Assembly: GCA_965235115.1 (NCBI GenBank)
Contig: OZ249442.1
Span: forward strand, 17,732,001-17,796,000
Source of the DNA: Laetmonice hystrix
Lineage: Eukaryota
Reading direction: 5' to 3'
Length of the DNA: 64,000 bases
Under the pieces are notes generated by a model. The model saw only the letters and a list, made by a program, of their open reading frames with translations, was not told the origin of the DNA and made no database searches. The position numbers and the translations under genes were made by a program. How positions within the stretch are numbered: the first letter of the stretch is position 1; every line of letters starts with the position of its first letter. Positions 1 through 11,593 of this stretch are shown one piece after another.

Positions 1-311
1 CGGTAGTGGTGGTGTAAAGGGGTGGGGTGGGGGTGGATGGGTGACTTTTGTTTTTATCATGATCAGTTAAGACTACCTGCCAATTATCATCACTTTTTTA
101 AAAAAAGACGGTGCCTTGTTTATGTAATGAGTTACTCTGTTATCTGCCCCATTGATACAAACGTTTCTCCACACAGTCGGTGACATCCGACTTCGTCCTC
201 CGAAAGGACCTCCGTGGATTAAAAACAAATGTTTTCCCCTTGGGCCTACCCGAATGTTGTGAAATGTCCAGACGTCCAGACTGAGCGTTTGCTTGGGTCT
301 CACTGCCCGTA

Positions 312-359
312 CACGATCAGTATGGCACTCATGTGCACGATCAGTATGGCACTCATGTG
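312..359. repeat. 24-bp tandem duplication (2 copies)
   Basis: cacgatcagtatggcactcatgtg starts at 312 and again at 336. Confidence 0.9.
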
Positions 360-1152
360 TACAAACGGAGCAGTGCACACAGAGTGGCCGTGGCCCTATC
401 GCTCTGCCAGATTTGACCAGTATAAAGACTCTAATGAAACGATGCCAGTCGGGCCAGATTGATGGTGGCCGCGCTGCCGAAATATCAGCATGGCGATAGC
501 CGTTGTGCCTCCCCCCGCCGCTATCGGTGCGCCATCCATCCCCACCCATCCATCTCTCCTTTCTGATATGTATAAAATGCCCTCCGTCACGCCAGCTGGG
601 CAAATATAAAACTTGATTAACACGCTCGCTTCCCGCATCTTTATGCGATTGGCCGCTGATGTCCGACTCTCACCGTGCCTTGACCTATGCGCATTGTCCG
701 CGCCGCGTGATGGCGCCACTGACGCCCCCAATTCCGCTTTACGATTTCTTCCACATATTGCTTGTTTCCCAGCAATAAAGCGACCTCGTATCACATCATA
801 TCTTAAATGAACCTGCGGCATGCACAGAGATCCACTGTTGTCCGGTGGACTTCGGTCACTCGTATTAAATTCTCCCGTTCCCCCCGCCCTCGCTCGGCCG
901 CCAGCTAAAATAAAGGTCCTCCCGACATCTCATCTTTGTGCACACATATTTGCCTATCTGGCTGTATTTGCCAATTTTCTTGGGAAAATTCTTTATATTG
1001 GATGAAGGGGCATTGGTGGCGGGGTTTGGTGATTTGGTGGGACGGTGATCGGTCCACTGGTCCATGTGGTGAGTGCTGGGAGAGGCTGGGACCGGCGTGA
1101 AGGGACCCATGGGGAATCTGACATACGACTGCTCCAGGTCAACCACAGGCCG

Positions 1153-2150
1153 CCAACTCTATACACTACTGGCTTACTTAACACACCACTAACAGGCCCA
1201 GCACTGAACCAACATCCAACCTGTCAGACCAACTCTATACACTACTGGCTTACTTAACACACCACTAACAGGCACAGCACTGAACCAACAACCAACCTGT
1301 CAGACCAACTCTATACACTACTGGCTTACTTAACACACCACTAACAGGCCCAGCACTGAACCAACAACCAACCTGTCAGACCAACTCTATACACTACTGG
1401 CTTACTTAACACACCACTAACAGGTCCAGCACTGAACCAACAACCAACCTGTCAGACCAACTCTTTACACTACTGGCTTACTTAACACACCACTAACAGG
1501 CCCAGCACTGAACCAACATCCAACCTGTCAGACCAACTCTTTACACTACTGGCTTACTTAACACACCACTAACAGGCCCAGCACTGAACCAACATCCAAC
1601 CTGTCAGACCAACTCTATACACTACTGGCTTACTTAACACACCACTAACAGGCCCAGCACTGAACCAACATCCAACCTGTCAGACCAACTCTATACACTA
1701 CTGGCTTACTTAACACACCACTAACAGGCACAGCACTGAACCAACAACCAACCTGTCAGACCAACTCTATACACTACTGGCTTACTTAACACACCACTAA
1801 CAGGCCCAGCACTGAACCAACATCCAACCTGTCAGACCAACTCTATACACTACTGGCTTACTTAACACACCACTAACAGGCCCAGCACTGAACCAACATC
1901 CAACCTGTCAGACCTACTCTATACACTACTGGCTTACTTAACACACCACTAACAGGCCCAGCACTGAACCAACATCCAACCTGTCAGACCAACTCTATAC
2001 ACTACTGGCTTACTTAACACACCACTAATAGGCACAGCACTGAACCAACATCCAACCTGTCAGACCAACTCTATACACTACTGGCTTACTTAACACACCA
2101 CTAACACGCCCAGCACTGAACCACGGACTGCCAACTCTATATACTACTGG
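1153..2150. repeat. 76-bp minisatellite, about 13 copies
   Basis: Unit ccaactctatacactactggcttacttaacacaccactaacaggcccagcactgaaccaacatccaacctgtcaga; starts at 1153 and 1229 (period 76); near-identical copies. Confidence 0.97.
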
Positions 2151-2412
2151 CAGGGGCAACTCGTCGGCCTGAGATTTATTAGATGATGCCAAACCATACT
2201 GCAATCCTCTTCAGGCTTGAGTTCGTGTTTTATAAATTCAACTTGGCTAAAATATATTGTAGCAATTTGCTGACGTAGACGTCCCTTTTTTTCCTCTCTT
2301 ACAATAATTTGGTTTTCTGCGACTCCCGTCTCAGTAAGTGTAAAACTACACCTTTATTTTCGACAACAGGAGTCAGGCTTTGGGAAACTCGTTAATAACT
2401 ATCCTTCAAATT

Positions 2413-2434
2413 ATGCAAATGAGTATATGCAAAT
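2413..2434 (+). promoter_or_regulatory. Two tandem POU octamer motifs (ATGCAAAT)
   Basis: ATGCAAAT at 2413-2420 and 2427-2434. Motif match only; could be TE-derived. Confidence 0.3.
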
Positions 2435-2969
2435 AAGATTGCCGTTCCCATTGCTCATTTCAGGTTCTGGTCTTGGACTGAATTAATCTGTGAGAATTTG
2501 TCTTTAAAATCAACTCTTGTCTGTCAGGCTGTGCTACTCGTGCCTGTTGTTGGATGATTGAACTGTCATAGAATGTGGCTTGGTTGCCAGCTAAGACGAG
2601 ACCAATTCATTACTGCCGTACCGACGGTCTCTCCCCAATTAGCCGGCCGGTTCATTATACAGTGTATTTCCATAGTAGATCTATCCATATGATGCCTTTC
2701 TAAGATCATCACCAAGTCAACAAGCTTGTCTCACCCTCTCCGGGAGACGATCTGCTGGGTGGGAGGGGGTTGGGGTGGCACGACGCCAGATCTTCCAGAC
2801 GTTACCTGACTCGACCCCACGACACCTGGTGACAGTCCCGAGTATAACTTGGGCTTCATTTACACATCCTCCTGTCGCGCATTCATCAAATATGGTGTCG
2901 CAATCCATTAGACCTCGCCCTTTTATACTCATCTGTGGTGAGACTGGCCTTCTGTCTTCACTGCTGCCA

Positions 2970-4242
2970 AGGCACCCCATACACAGTCTGTGCACCCTTC
3001 CCTGCACCCCATACACAGTCTGTGCACCCTCCCCTGCACCCCATACGCAGTCTGTGCACCCTCCCCTGCACCCCATACACAGTCTGTGCACCCCCCGGCA
3101 CCCCATACACAGTCTGTGCACCCTCCCCTGCACCCCATACACAGTCTGTGCATCCTCCCCTGCACCCCATGCACAGTCTGTGCACCCTCCCCTGTACCTC
3201 ATGCACAGTCTGTGCACCCTCCCCGGCACCCCATACACAGTCTGTGCACCCTCCCCAGCAACCCATGCACAGTCTGTGCACCCTCCCCGGCACCCCATAC
3301 ACAGTCTGTGCACCCTCCCCGGTACCCCATACACAGTCTGTGCACCCTCCCCTGCACCCCATGCACTTTCTGTGCACCCTCCCCAGCAACCCATGCACAG
3401 TCTGTGCACCCTCCCCGGTACCCCATACACAGTCTGTGCACCCTCCCCGGCACCCCATGCACAGTCTGTGCATCCTCCCCGGCACCCCATGCACAGTCTG
3501 TGCACCCTCCCCGGCATCCCATGCACAGTCTGTGCACCCTTCCCCTGCACCTCATACACAGTCTATGCACCCACTCGGGCACCCCATACACAGTCTATGC
3601 ACCCACTCGGGCACCCCATACACAGTCTGTGCACCCTCCCCGGCACCCCATGCACAATCTGTGCACCCTCCCCGGTACCCCATACACAGTCTGTGCACCC
3701 TCCCCGGTACCCCATACACAGTCTGTGCACCCTCCCCGGTACCCCATACACAGTCTGTGCACCCTCCCCGGTACCCCATACAGTCTGTGCACCCTCCCCG
3801 GTACCCCATACACAGTCTGTGTACCCTCCCCGGTACCCCATACACAGTCTGTGCACCCTCCCCGGTACCCCATACACAGTCTGTGCACCCTCCCCGGTAC
3901 CCCATACACAGTCTGTGCCCCCTATCCGGCACCCCATGCAGTCCGTGCATCCTCCTTGACACCCCATACACAGTCTGTGCACCCTCCCCGGCACCCCATG
4001 CAGTCTGTGCACCCTCCCCGGCCCCCCATGCAGTCTGTGCACCCTCCCCCTGCACCCCATACACAGTCTGTGCACCCTCCCCGGTACCCCATACACAGTC
4101 TGTGCACCCTTCCCGGTACCCCATACACAGTGTGTGCACCCTCCCCGGCACCCCATACACAGTCTGTGCACCCTCCCCGGTACCCCATACACAGTCTGTG
4201 CACCCTCCCCGGCACCCCATGCAGTCCGTGCACCCTCCCCGG
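2970..4242. repeat. About 32-bp C-rich minisatellite, about 40 copies
   Basis: Unit accccatacacagtctgtgcaccctccccggt with variants and small indels; explains the overlapping ORFs at 2717-4389. Confidence 0.97.
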
Positions 4243-4441
4243 CCGCTACCGCCCACCTTCTGGAGAAGTTTCCACTTGATAAACTCTCCCCATTCCTTCT
4301 CTGTCATTTATTACGTTAAATGCAAAATATTCAATCCTCCAAACCGGTCCCCTCTTCACACGAAATCAGTTTTTGTCTGCCCAGACTAAACCCGCAGATC
4401 CCGTTATGGCCACAGAATCTGGCTTTCGGCCCACACAAGCT

Positions 4442-4580
4442 TTGATAAGATTTGCCATCATTCACTTACAAGAAACCCCACTGAACGAAAGCGGCGAGTT
4501 GTGGGAATTCCAAGGTCTTCATCGAGGCAAGCCTGCAACATGAAATCCTACGACAGGTTGTTGTGTCATCTTTCTCCCAA
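4442..4580 (+). mobile_element. Possible decayed LINE apurinic-endonuclease (APE) fragment
   Basis: Reads RFAIIHLQETPLNES, resembling the APE motif DIICLQETxL, then after a frameshift TGCCVIFL, resembling GGGVAIF. Short and degenerate. Confidence 0.25.
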
Positions 4581-5145
4581 AATCACCACATCTCCTCGTT
4601 AGGACAAGGCGTACAAAATACGGAAAACCGAGCAACAGTATTGGGAGGATGAAAGAAAACGGACATGAGTTGAGAAAGTGAAATTCATAGGAGACAATAA
4701 GCACACAAACGTGTCCCAAACCACCAAAAAAAATACAACTGTGTTTGAGAGAAAACTGAGATCGATTCTCCTTTCATTTCAACAATCTGAACTAAATCTT
4801 TCCTGGGGAACTCAAAACTAAAGATATTTTCTTTTAAACTAAGACCTGAGGTAACTCTCTTTGCGAGACCTTTATTGATAACATAACTTTAACTGTTAAT
4901 GCAGTTACAGCAATAGCATAGAAACTGAATTTCTGTTCCAATTTAGACAGTGTCTAGATGTCATTCTCAGAGACAATGACATTTTCCAACTACAAGTCCG
5001 ACTGTCAATTTCACCTAATATTCTTCTCTTCAGGCTAGTGAGCGCTAAAATGGATATTTATTGCAAATCGGAATGAGAATTAGTCTCAGCGCTGTGTACT
5101 CGATTTAAAACTTCTTCCCCATTAGATGGAGACACTGAGCTTCCA

Positions 5146-5293
5146 GTGTGGGTGTGGGTGTGGGTGTGGGCGTGGGCGTGGGCGTGGGCGTGGGCGTGGG
5201 CGTGGGCGTGGGCGTGGGCGTGGGCGTGGGCGTGGGCGTGGGCGTGGGCGTGGGCGTGGGCGTGGGCGTGGGCGTGGGCGTGGGCGTGGGCGT
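5146..5293. repeat. Hexanucleotide microsatellite (GTGGGC)n with a few leading GTGGGT units
   Basis: Direct inspection; about 24 units; produces the poly-GR and poly-GV ORFs. Confidence 0.98.
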
Positions 5294-6479
5294 ATCAGCA
5301 GTAGCTGACCGTCAAATGGAAGTCGGAGGGAGGAAGGAAGACCTGGCTCCCAACATGTTAACCTTTCATGTTGGCAGTGATGGCCTCTGAAATGAGTTAG
5401 TTCTCACCTCTGGCTATGGAGATATCGCACCCCCTGGGACGGGAGGCCCATCGACTGATGGCTGACACCCGCCTGGCCCCTCACCCTCCCTCCCTTCTCC
5501 TCACAACTCCCCGCACCCATTTTAATGAACAACCCGTGCTTGCTGCCCGACTTCTACAGAAATGGACATCATTTTATGTCCCATTCAGGGGATGCCTTCA
5601 GTCAGAGTCCGTGTAACCAGCCAGCCACACCACCAGCGACAGTTCGTCATACAGCGGATGGCAGACAACCTCAAAACACGCGGCCAAAACGCACAGTTCA
5701 TTGGCGCCTGAAACTCACCAACATCAATTTCCATTTTGACACCCTTAATTTTGGAGTGAGCCTTTCTTGGTCAAGTGTTAATCAATATACGACACTTGGC
5801 ATCTGTTTGTCCAACTAACCTAGTTCCAATGGACTAAGAAAAATAATTCCAATACCAAAATTAAAGTACAAACGACACCAAATATATGTATATTTTACAT
5901 CTACCAAAGTAAAATATGTGATCATATTTATTTCCTGTCTAATGGTCATATAATCTCTATACTGACTGCAGCCAATTTCCACGCATGAGAACCTGCTGAA
6001 TCGGTATCGCGGCAGAAGAAATTCACAACTTATGCCTGTCTAGAGTGTCTTTTGATCTACTTCAGCCTGTCGTCCCACTTGAAGGTAGTGCGTGTAGAGG
6101 CCGAAATACACCGAACGATGCCGAAATATACTGAAATATACCGAAAACAACGTCCACTGTCCAGCATGTAGAAATACTGCGCAGAAACATGGAATGAGGA
6201 ATAGCTTAGGGCTAAGGTGGTAAGGCAGGCCTGTGACACGCCTATAGCCCTAGGCCTAGATAGGCTTAGATCGAGGCCTTATCCTGACATCCTAATGTCG
6301 ATAGGCCGATAGGCTCTAGGCTGTCCCTCTCCTCCCTGTCCGTCAGCCGACCCAGAGAGTCACCCCCAACATCCTCCTATCCTGCCCATCGGTAGCCTCC
6401 GCCCTGACTGCCTCTATAGACAGCCACTTTGAGGTTATGCTTGTCACTCCTCACACCACCACATCAAGGCCAGGCCGCC

Positions 6480-7080
6480 ACAGCACAGCCTTTGTGCAGC
6501 AATCTCGGCCTTGTTAGCCGGCTCACAGCCAGTTGTTGTTTCCGCAGCGCCCGCCCGGCCTTTGTGCTCCTTCTATTGTTATGCCTGTGTCAGTGGTTAA
6601 AGACCCGGGTAGGATGGGGAGAGTGGATATGGCAGGGGGAGGGGGCAGGGGGCTAGGGGGGGCTGATCTCCGTGACACTCCAACATCCACTCTGCCCCTC
6701 TTACCCTCCCCTCTCGTTGCCACTGATCCCTTCCCAAATCTACCCCAATCTCAACCGGGATTTTCCATGAATTTGTTAATTAATTAGCAGCTAATTGAGC
6801 CCATTGTGGAGACAATGCCGATTATGTGAATACAAAAGCACAGCATCTGTTTAAATTTCTCCTCCCTCAGCTGAAGCACAAAAGCGAGGAAGGCGAAAGT
6901 TTGATTCAATGTGCTGTAGGATGAAATGTTCGCGAGCTTCGCGTACCCATATTGACGCCTCAGCGATCATTATTTGATGCACGTCAGCAGTGCAATCGGA
7001 CTAAATTCCCAGAGCTCTCATGCCATTCCCCTCGCCTGCCCCCAACAAGTTTAATTCTGTATGATTAATGCAATACATGG
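6480..7080. promoter_or_regulatory. Candidate developmental enhancer (Sox and homeodomain motif cluster)
   Basis: CCTTTGT at 6489 and 6559, CTATTGTT at 6573, TTAATTAATTA and CTAATTG at about 6776-6797, inverted CATTGT-ggag-ACAATG at 6802-6817; no credible ORF. Confidence 0.4.
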
Positions 7081-7842
7081 TGAGCTTCCATTTAGGCAAA
7101 GTTCTCTACTGTAGTCTGTGTCACACTGTACACAATGTGCCTAAGCTGCCATGCCAATATTCTCTTAGCGTTCCTACAGTCATTCCTTTCGTATAAAAGT
7201 CCCCAGAATTCCTATCAATTCTAAATATATTTATCAAGCTAATCGACTCAGGTGGATTAAAAATATGCTCTTATATTCGCGGGGGCAAAACATTTATTTG
7301 CAGCTAATAAAAAATTCAAACAGGGCATTAGCTACATAATGTCAATGTGCCCCCCGAGAGCTGGCCGGATGAATTTCACATGTATTTACGTCGACAAATA
7401 ATAGTGACGAGATAAATCTTGGTGGCCCCGCTGGACACTGCTCACGCCTCGGCGGCGTTCATACTGCAGGGCGAGCAAATTATATGGCGATCACACACGC
7501 CACACTCGACTCGCACATAAATAAAACGCTACCAAATCGCCGCCAAAGTGTGGCAATATGCCCGGCTGGAATTTCATATTTTAGTGGTGACAGGCCGCAG
7601 TCGGTGTGCGTAAAGCGTGAAATGTGATGAGGTTTGGAGGCGGACGGAGGGGTGCTCGGATGCTCAATGATAGAATGATGGCACAGGGATCGTCCCACGG
7701 GTATCATCAAGTGAAATCGTCCAAAATTTATAGTTACCATCACGGCCGCACGGATTAGGTGGCGCTGCTCGACAGAAATATGATCGCGGGGCAGCGGGCA
7801 CAGTGGGAATACTGGTCCGCCGCAGGTTTCACCTGGTCACTT

Positions 7843-9020
7843 CGATCACGGCAAGTCTGGGGTAAGCGATCACGGCAAATCTGGGGTAAGCGATCACGGC
7901 AAGTCCGGGGTAAGCGATCACGGCAAGTCTGGGGTAAGCGATCACGGCAAGTCCGGGGTAAGCGATCACGGCAAGTCTGGGGTAAGCGATCACAGCAGGT
8001 CCGGGGTAAGCGATCACAGCAAGTCCGGGGTAAGCGATCACGGCAAGTCTGGGGTAAGCGATCACGGCAAGTCCCGGGTAAGCGATCACGGCAAGTCCGC
8101 GGTAAGCGATCACGGCAAGTCCCGGGTAAGCGATCACGGCAAGTCCAGGGTAAGCGATCACGGCAAATCTGGGGTAAGCGATCACGGCAAGTCCGGGGTA
8201 AGCGATCACGGCAAGTCTGGGGTAAGCGATCACGGCAAGTCTGGGGTAAGCGATCACGGCAAGTCTGGGGTAAGCGATCACGGCAAGTCCGGGGTAAGCG
8301 ATCACGGCAAGTCTGGGGTAAGCGATCACGGCAAGTCCAGGGTAAGCGATCACGGCAAGTCCGCGGTAAGCGATCACGGCAAGTCCGCGGTAAGCGATCA
8401 CGGCAAGTCCCGGGTAAGCGATCACGGCAAGTCCGCGGTAAGCGATCACGGCAAGTCCAGGGTAAGCGATCACGGCAAGTCCAGGGTAAGCGATCACGGC
8501 AAGTCCAGGGTAAGCGATCACGGCAAGTCCGGGGTAAGCGATCACGGCAAGTCCGGGGTAAGCGATCACGGCAAGTCTGGGGTAAGCGATCACGGCAAGT
8601 CCAGGGTAAGCGATCACGGCAAGTCCGGGGTAAGCGATCACGGCAAGCGCTAGTCCGGGGTAAGCGATCACGGCAAGTCCAGGGTAAGCGATCACGGCAA
8701 GTCCGGGGTAAGCGATCACAGCAAGTCCAGGGTAAGCGATCACAGCAAGTCCAGGGTAAGCGATCACGGCAAGTCCAGGGTAAGCGATTACGGCAAGTCC
8801 GGGGTAAGCGATCACGGCAAGTCCAGGGTAAGCGATCACGGCTAGTCCAGGGTAAGCGATCACGGCAAGTCCAGGGTAAGCGATCACGGCAAGTCCAGGG
8901 TAAGCGATCACGGCTAGTCCAGGGTAAGCGATCACGGCAAGTCCAGGGTAAGCGATCACGGCAAGTCCGGGGTAAGTGATCACGGCAAGTTCGGGGTAAG
9001 CGATCACGGCAAGTTCGGGG
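7843..9020. repeat. 24-bp minisatellite, about 49 copies
   Basis: Unit ggtaagcgatcacggcaagtcNNN with a variable triplet (cgg/tgg/cag/ccg/cgc); one 6-nt insertion near 8648; open in three frames (see finding). Confidence 0.97.
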
Positions 9021-9076
9021 TAGACTGGTCAGCTTGATGGGAGGTGGGCGGTTGTGGGGGGGGGGGGGGTTCTCAC

Positions 9077-9160
9077 CTGCCAGAAAAAAAGTGGAGATAA
9101 CTGGGTCCAACTTTAGGTATTCGGATGGGAAAGAGGGAGATACGGGTCGGAGACACCTGA
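9077..9160 (-). other. Candidate orphan 84-nt exon (coding status unknown)
   Basis: Minus strand: TACTAAC branch point (9179-9185), pyrimidine tract atcttcctttcattccAG, and donor CAG|GTGAGA. Confidence 0.35.
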
Positions 9161-9246
9161 CTGGAATGAAAGGAAGATGTTAGTACAAAAAGGTCACAGA
9201 AACCTTGACCTTGAGAACAGAGACTTGATGGCGACCGATGGAAAGG

Positions 9247-9363
9247 TAAGGCCGGGTTCACACTGAGGATTTCCCCCGGGTCAGTGGTGGTGAGCTGTAT
9301 GCGAACACGCTTACCCCGGGGTAACTTAGCCCCTATGGGCGGCCGAGTGTGAACCTGGCCTTA
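9247..9363. mobile_element. MITE (PIF/Harbinger- or Tc1-like), about 115 bp
   Basis: 18-bp inverted termini taaggccgggttcacact / agtgtgaacctggcctta (17/18 match, including TA or TWA flanks); internal perfect palindrome ttaccccggggtaa at 9311-9324. Confidence 0.8.
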
Positions 9364-9613
9364 GTCAAACATACGAAGCAAAGATCTGGATTCAAAGGTC
9401 GGATGATCCAGGTAAGAGAGAAGAAGCGAAAATGGTCAGAAACAACGATTTTGTTAAAGCAAGGCAGAGTAGGCCAGGGCAGGAAGAGGTGAGGAAAAGG
9501 TAGCAGACATCCGGGTGGAAGAAAGACCCATGAAAGAGGAAACAAGGAAGCAGAGTTAGAGTTCGAAGGAAAGGGAAGAAGATAGGCCATACAAGATCTG
9601 GATCGGATGAGGA

Positions 9614-10582
9614 AGATCTAGGTCAGAGAGTGGAATCCCAAGTCTAATTTAGAGGAAGGTGGATGGAGATCTAGGTCAGAGAGAGGAATCCCAAGTCTAA
9701 TTTAGAGGAAGGTGGATGGAGATCTAGGTCAGAGAGAGAAATCCCTTGTCTAATTTAGAGGAAGGTGGATGGAGATCTAGGTCAGAGAGAGAAATCCCTT
9801 GTCTAATTAAGAGGAAGGTGGATGGAGATCTAGGTCAGAGAGAGGAATCCCAAGTCTAATTTAGAGGAAGGTGGATGGAGATCTAGGTCAGAGAGAGAAA
9901 TCCCTTGTCTAATTTAGAGGAAGGTGGATGGAGATCTAGGTCAGAGAGAGAAATCCCTTGTCTAATTAAGAGGAAGGTGGATGGAGATCTAGGCCAGAGA
10001 GAGGAATCCCAAGTCTAAATCAGAGGAAGGTGGAGGGAGATGTAGGTCAGAGAGAGGAACCCCAGGTCTAATTAAGAGGAAGGTGGATGGAGATGTAGGT
10101 CAGAGAGAGGAATCCCAAGTCTAATTTAGAGAAATGTGGATGGAGATGTAGGTCAGAGAGAGGAACCCCAGGTCTAATTAAGAGGAAGGTGGATGGAGAT
10201 GTAGGTCAGAGAGAGGAATCTTAGGTCTAATTTAGAGAAATGTGGATGGAGATGTAGGTCAGAGAGAGGAACCCCAGGTCTAATTAAGAGGAAGGTGGAT
10301 GGAGATGTAGGTCAGAGAGAGGAATCCCAAGTCTAATTTAGAGGAAGATGGAGGGAGATGTAGGTCAGAGAGAGGAATCCCAAGTCTAATTTAGAGGAAG
10401 GTGGATGGAGATGTAGGTCAGAGAGAGGAATCCCAAGTCTAATTTAGAGAAATGTGGATGGAGATGTAGGTCAGAGAGAGGAACCCCAGGTCTAATTAAG
10501 AGGAAGGTGGATGGAGATGTAGGTCAGAGAGAGGAATTCCAAGTCTAATTTAGAGGAAGGTGGATGGAGATGTAGGTCAGAA
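9614..10582. repeat. 53-bp purine-rich minisatellite, about 18-19 copies
   Basis: Unit ggagat(c/g)taggtcagagagaggaatcccaagtctaatttagaggaaggtggat; aggtcagag starts at 9620 and 9673 (period 53). Confidence 0.97.
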
Positions 10583-11235
10583 AAGAAGGGGTCAGCGACC
10601 CGGGACCGACCGTTGATGGTTGCCGCTGCCCTGTTCTATCAGCCGACCGATCTGTGGCCGAGGTTCGCCCGGTGCTGGAGAGCGGTGATTTATTACAGCC
10701 TGATGCCCGGCCGTCCCATCACCTCTATTAACACCTAGCGGCCCGCCGCCCGCCGTCCGTCCGTCCAGCCCGGCAGGTCGACCGCTCACCGACGGTAGTG
10801 ACCGAAACACGCACCGCGCCCCGCGGATTAAAAGATGATCCAAACTGTTAAACCGGTAACACCCCAACCTGGGCGAATCTAGGATGGCACCCCCGACACC
10901 GGCTTAACGGGGTGAAACACGAAATCCCAACAGAAGGATTGGTGATCCTGGTCAGCGCCTACAACCATGGGTCGCAATGAGTCGCTTTGTGCCACTTAAC
11001 CTATCACTACCATTCAGGGGGACAATCGTACGACCCTACCTGTGGATCTTGGTATGGTTGGCCCTTCACAGGAATTTCCAGGGTAACATAGAAAACCCTG
11101 ATCCGGTGTCCTCTGACTGCTGTACCTATATATACTCACCCTAATTCTATCTGTAGAAGTACAATACAACACACTATATAAATTAAAAGGTATATTCTCA
11201 CCATGCGTGACCTTCACTTGTGGCCCAAGCAACCC

Positions 11236-11325
11236 TTAATCCCTGTGGCCATGCTAACTAACAATAGGGTCTATTTTATCTTAATCCCTGTGGCCATGCT
11301 AACTAACAATAGGGTCTATTTTATC
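11236..11325. repeat. 45-bp perfect tandem duplication
   Basis: ttaatccctgtggccatgctaactaacaatagggtctattttatc at 11236 and 11281. Confidence 0.92.
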
Positions 11326-11579
11326 TGGATCCAAGCCGTGTAAGGATGATCTCATATTATGTCTACATGATTCCACCTCCCCATGCACTGCGTGCCCAGT
11401 GACCTCCCTGGACCTCCGCCGGACCTCCCTGAGACCTCCACTGTATATACTGTAGTGGTTGGTGCCAGAGCTACGATCCAGGCCGCCAGTTGTCAGGTCA
11501 GACTTTATAAACTATACATGGGGTCACATAACTTGTGGCCCTGTCCATCACCCCCGCCTGCCCGGCCCGCCCGCTGACC

Positions 11580-11593
11580 CCACCAGGGGGAGC
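11580..11593 (+). promoter_or_regulatory. CTCF-like site
   Basis: CCACCAGGGGGAGC; one mismatch to the core CCACCAGGGGGCGC. Confidence 0.45.

Noticed and set aside
2717-4389. Long Cys/His/Pro-rich ORFs (up to 484 aa) on both strands
   Set aside because: Read-through of a 32-bp repeat (not a multiple of 3) with indels; open in many frames.
5126-5390. Poly-GR and poly-GV ORFs
   Set aside because: Translation of the (GTGGGC)n microsatellite.
6429-6656. Hydrophobic stretch FVLLLLLCLCQ as the signal-peptide exon for the GKR array
   Set aside because: No in-frame ATG, and its donor is phase 0 while the acceptor at 7825 needs phase 1; the T-rich codons coincide with Sox-like motifs.
7755-9110. Minus-strand ORFs (RTCRDRLP)n and (AVIAYPGL)n as proteins
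   Set aside because: Alternative frames of the 24-bp array. The AVIAYPGL frame has slightly more synonymous variants (about 5 of 11), but too few events to be meaningful, and it has no gene context.
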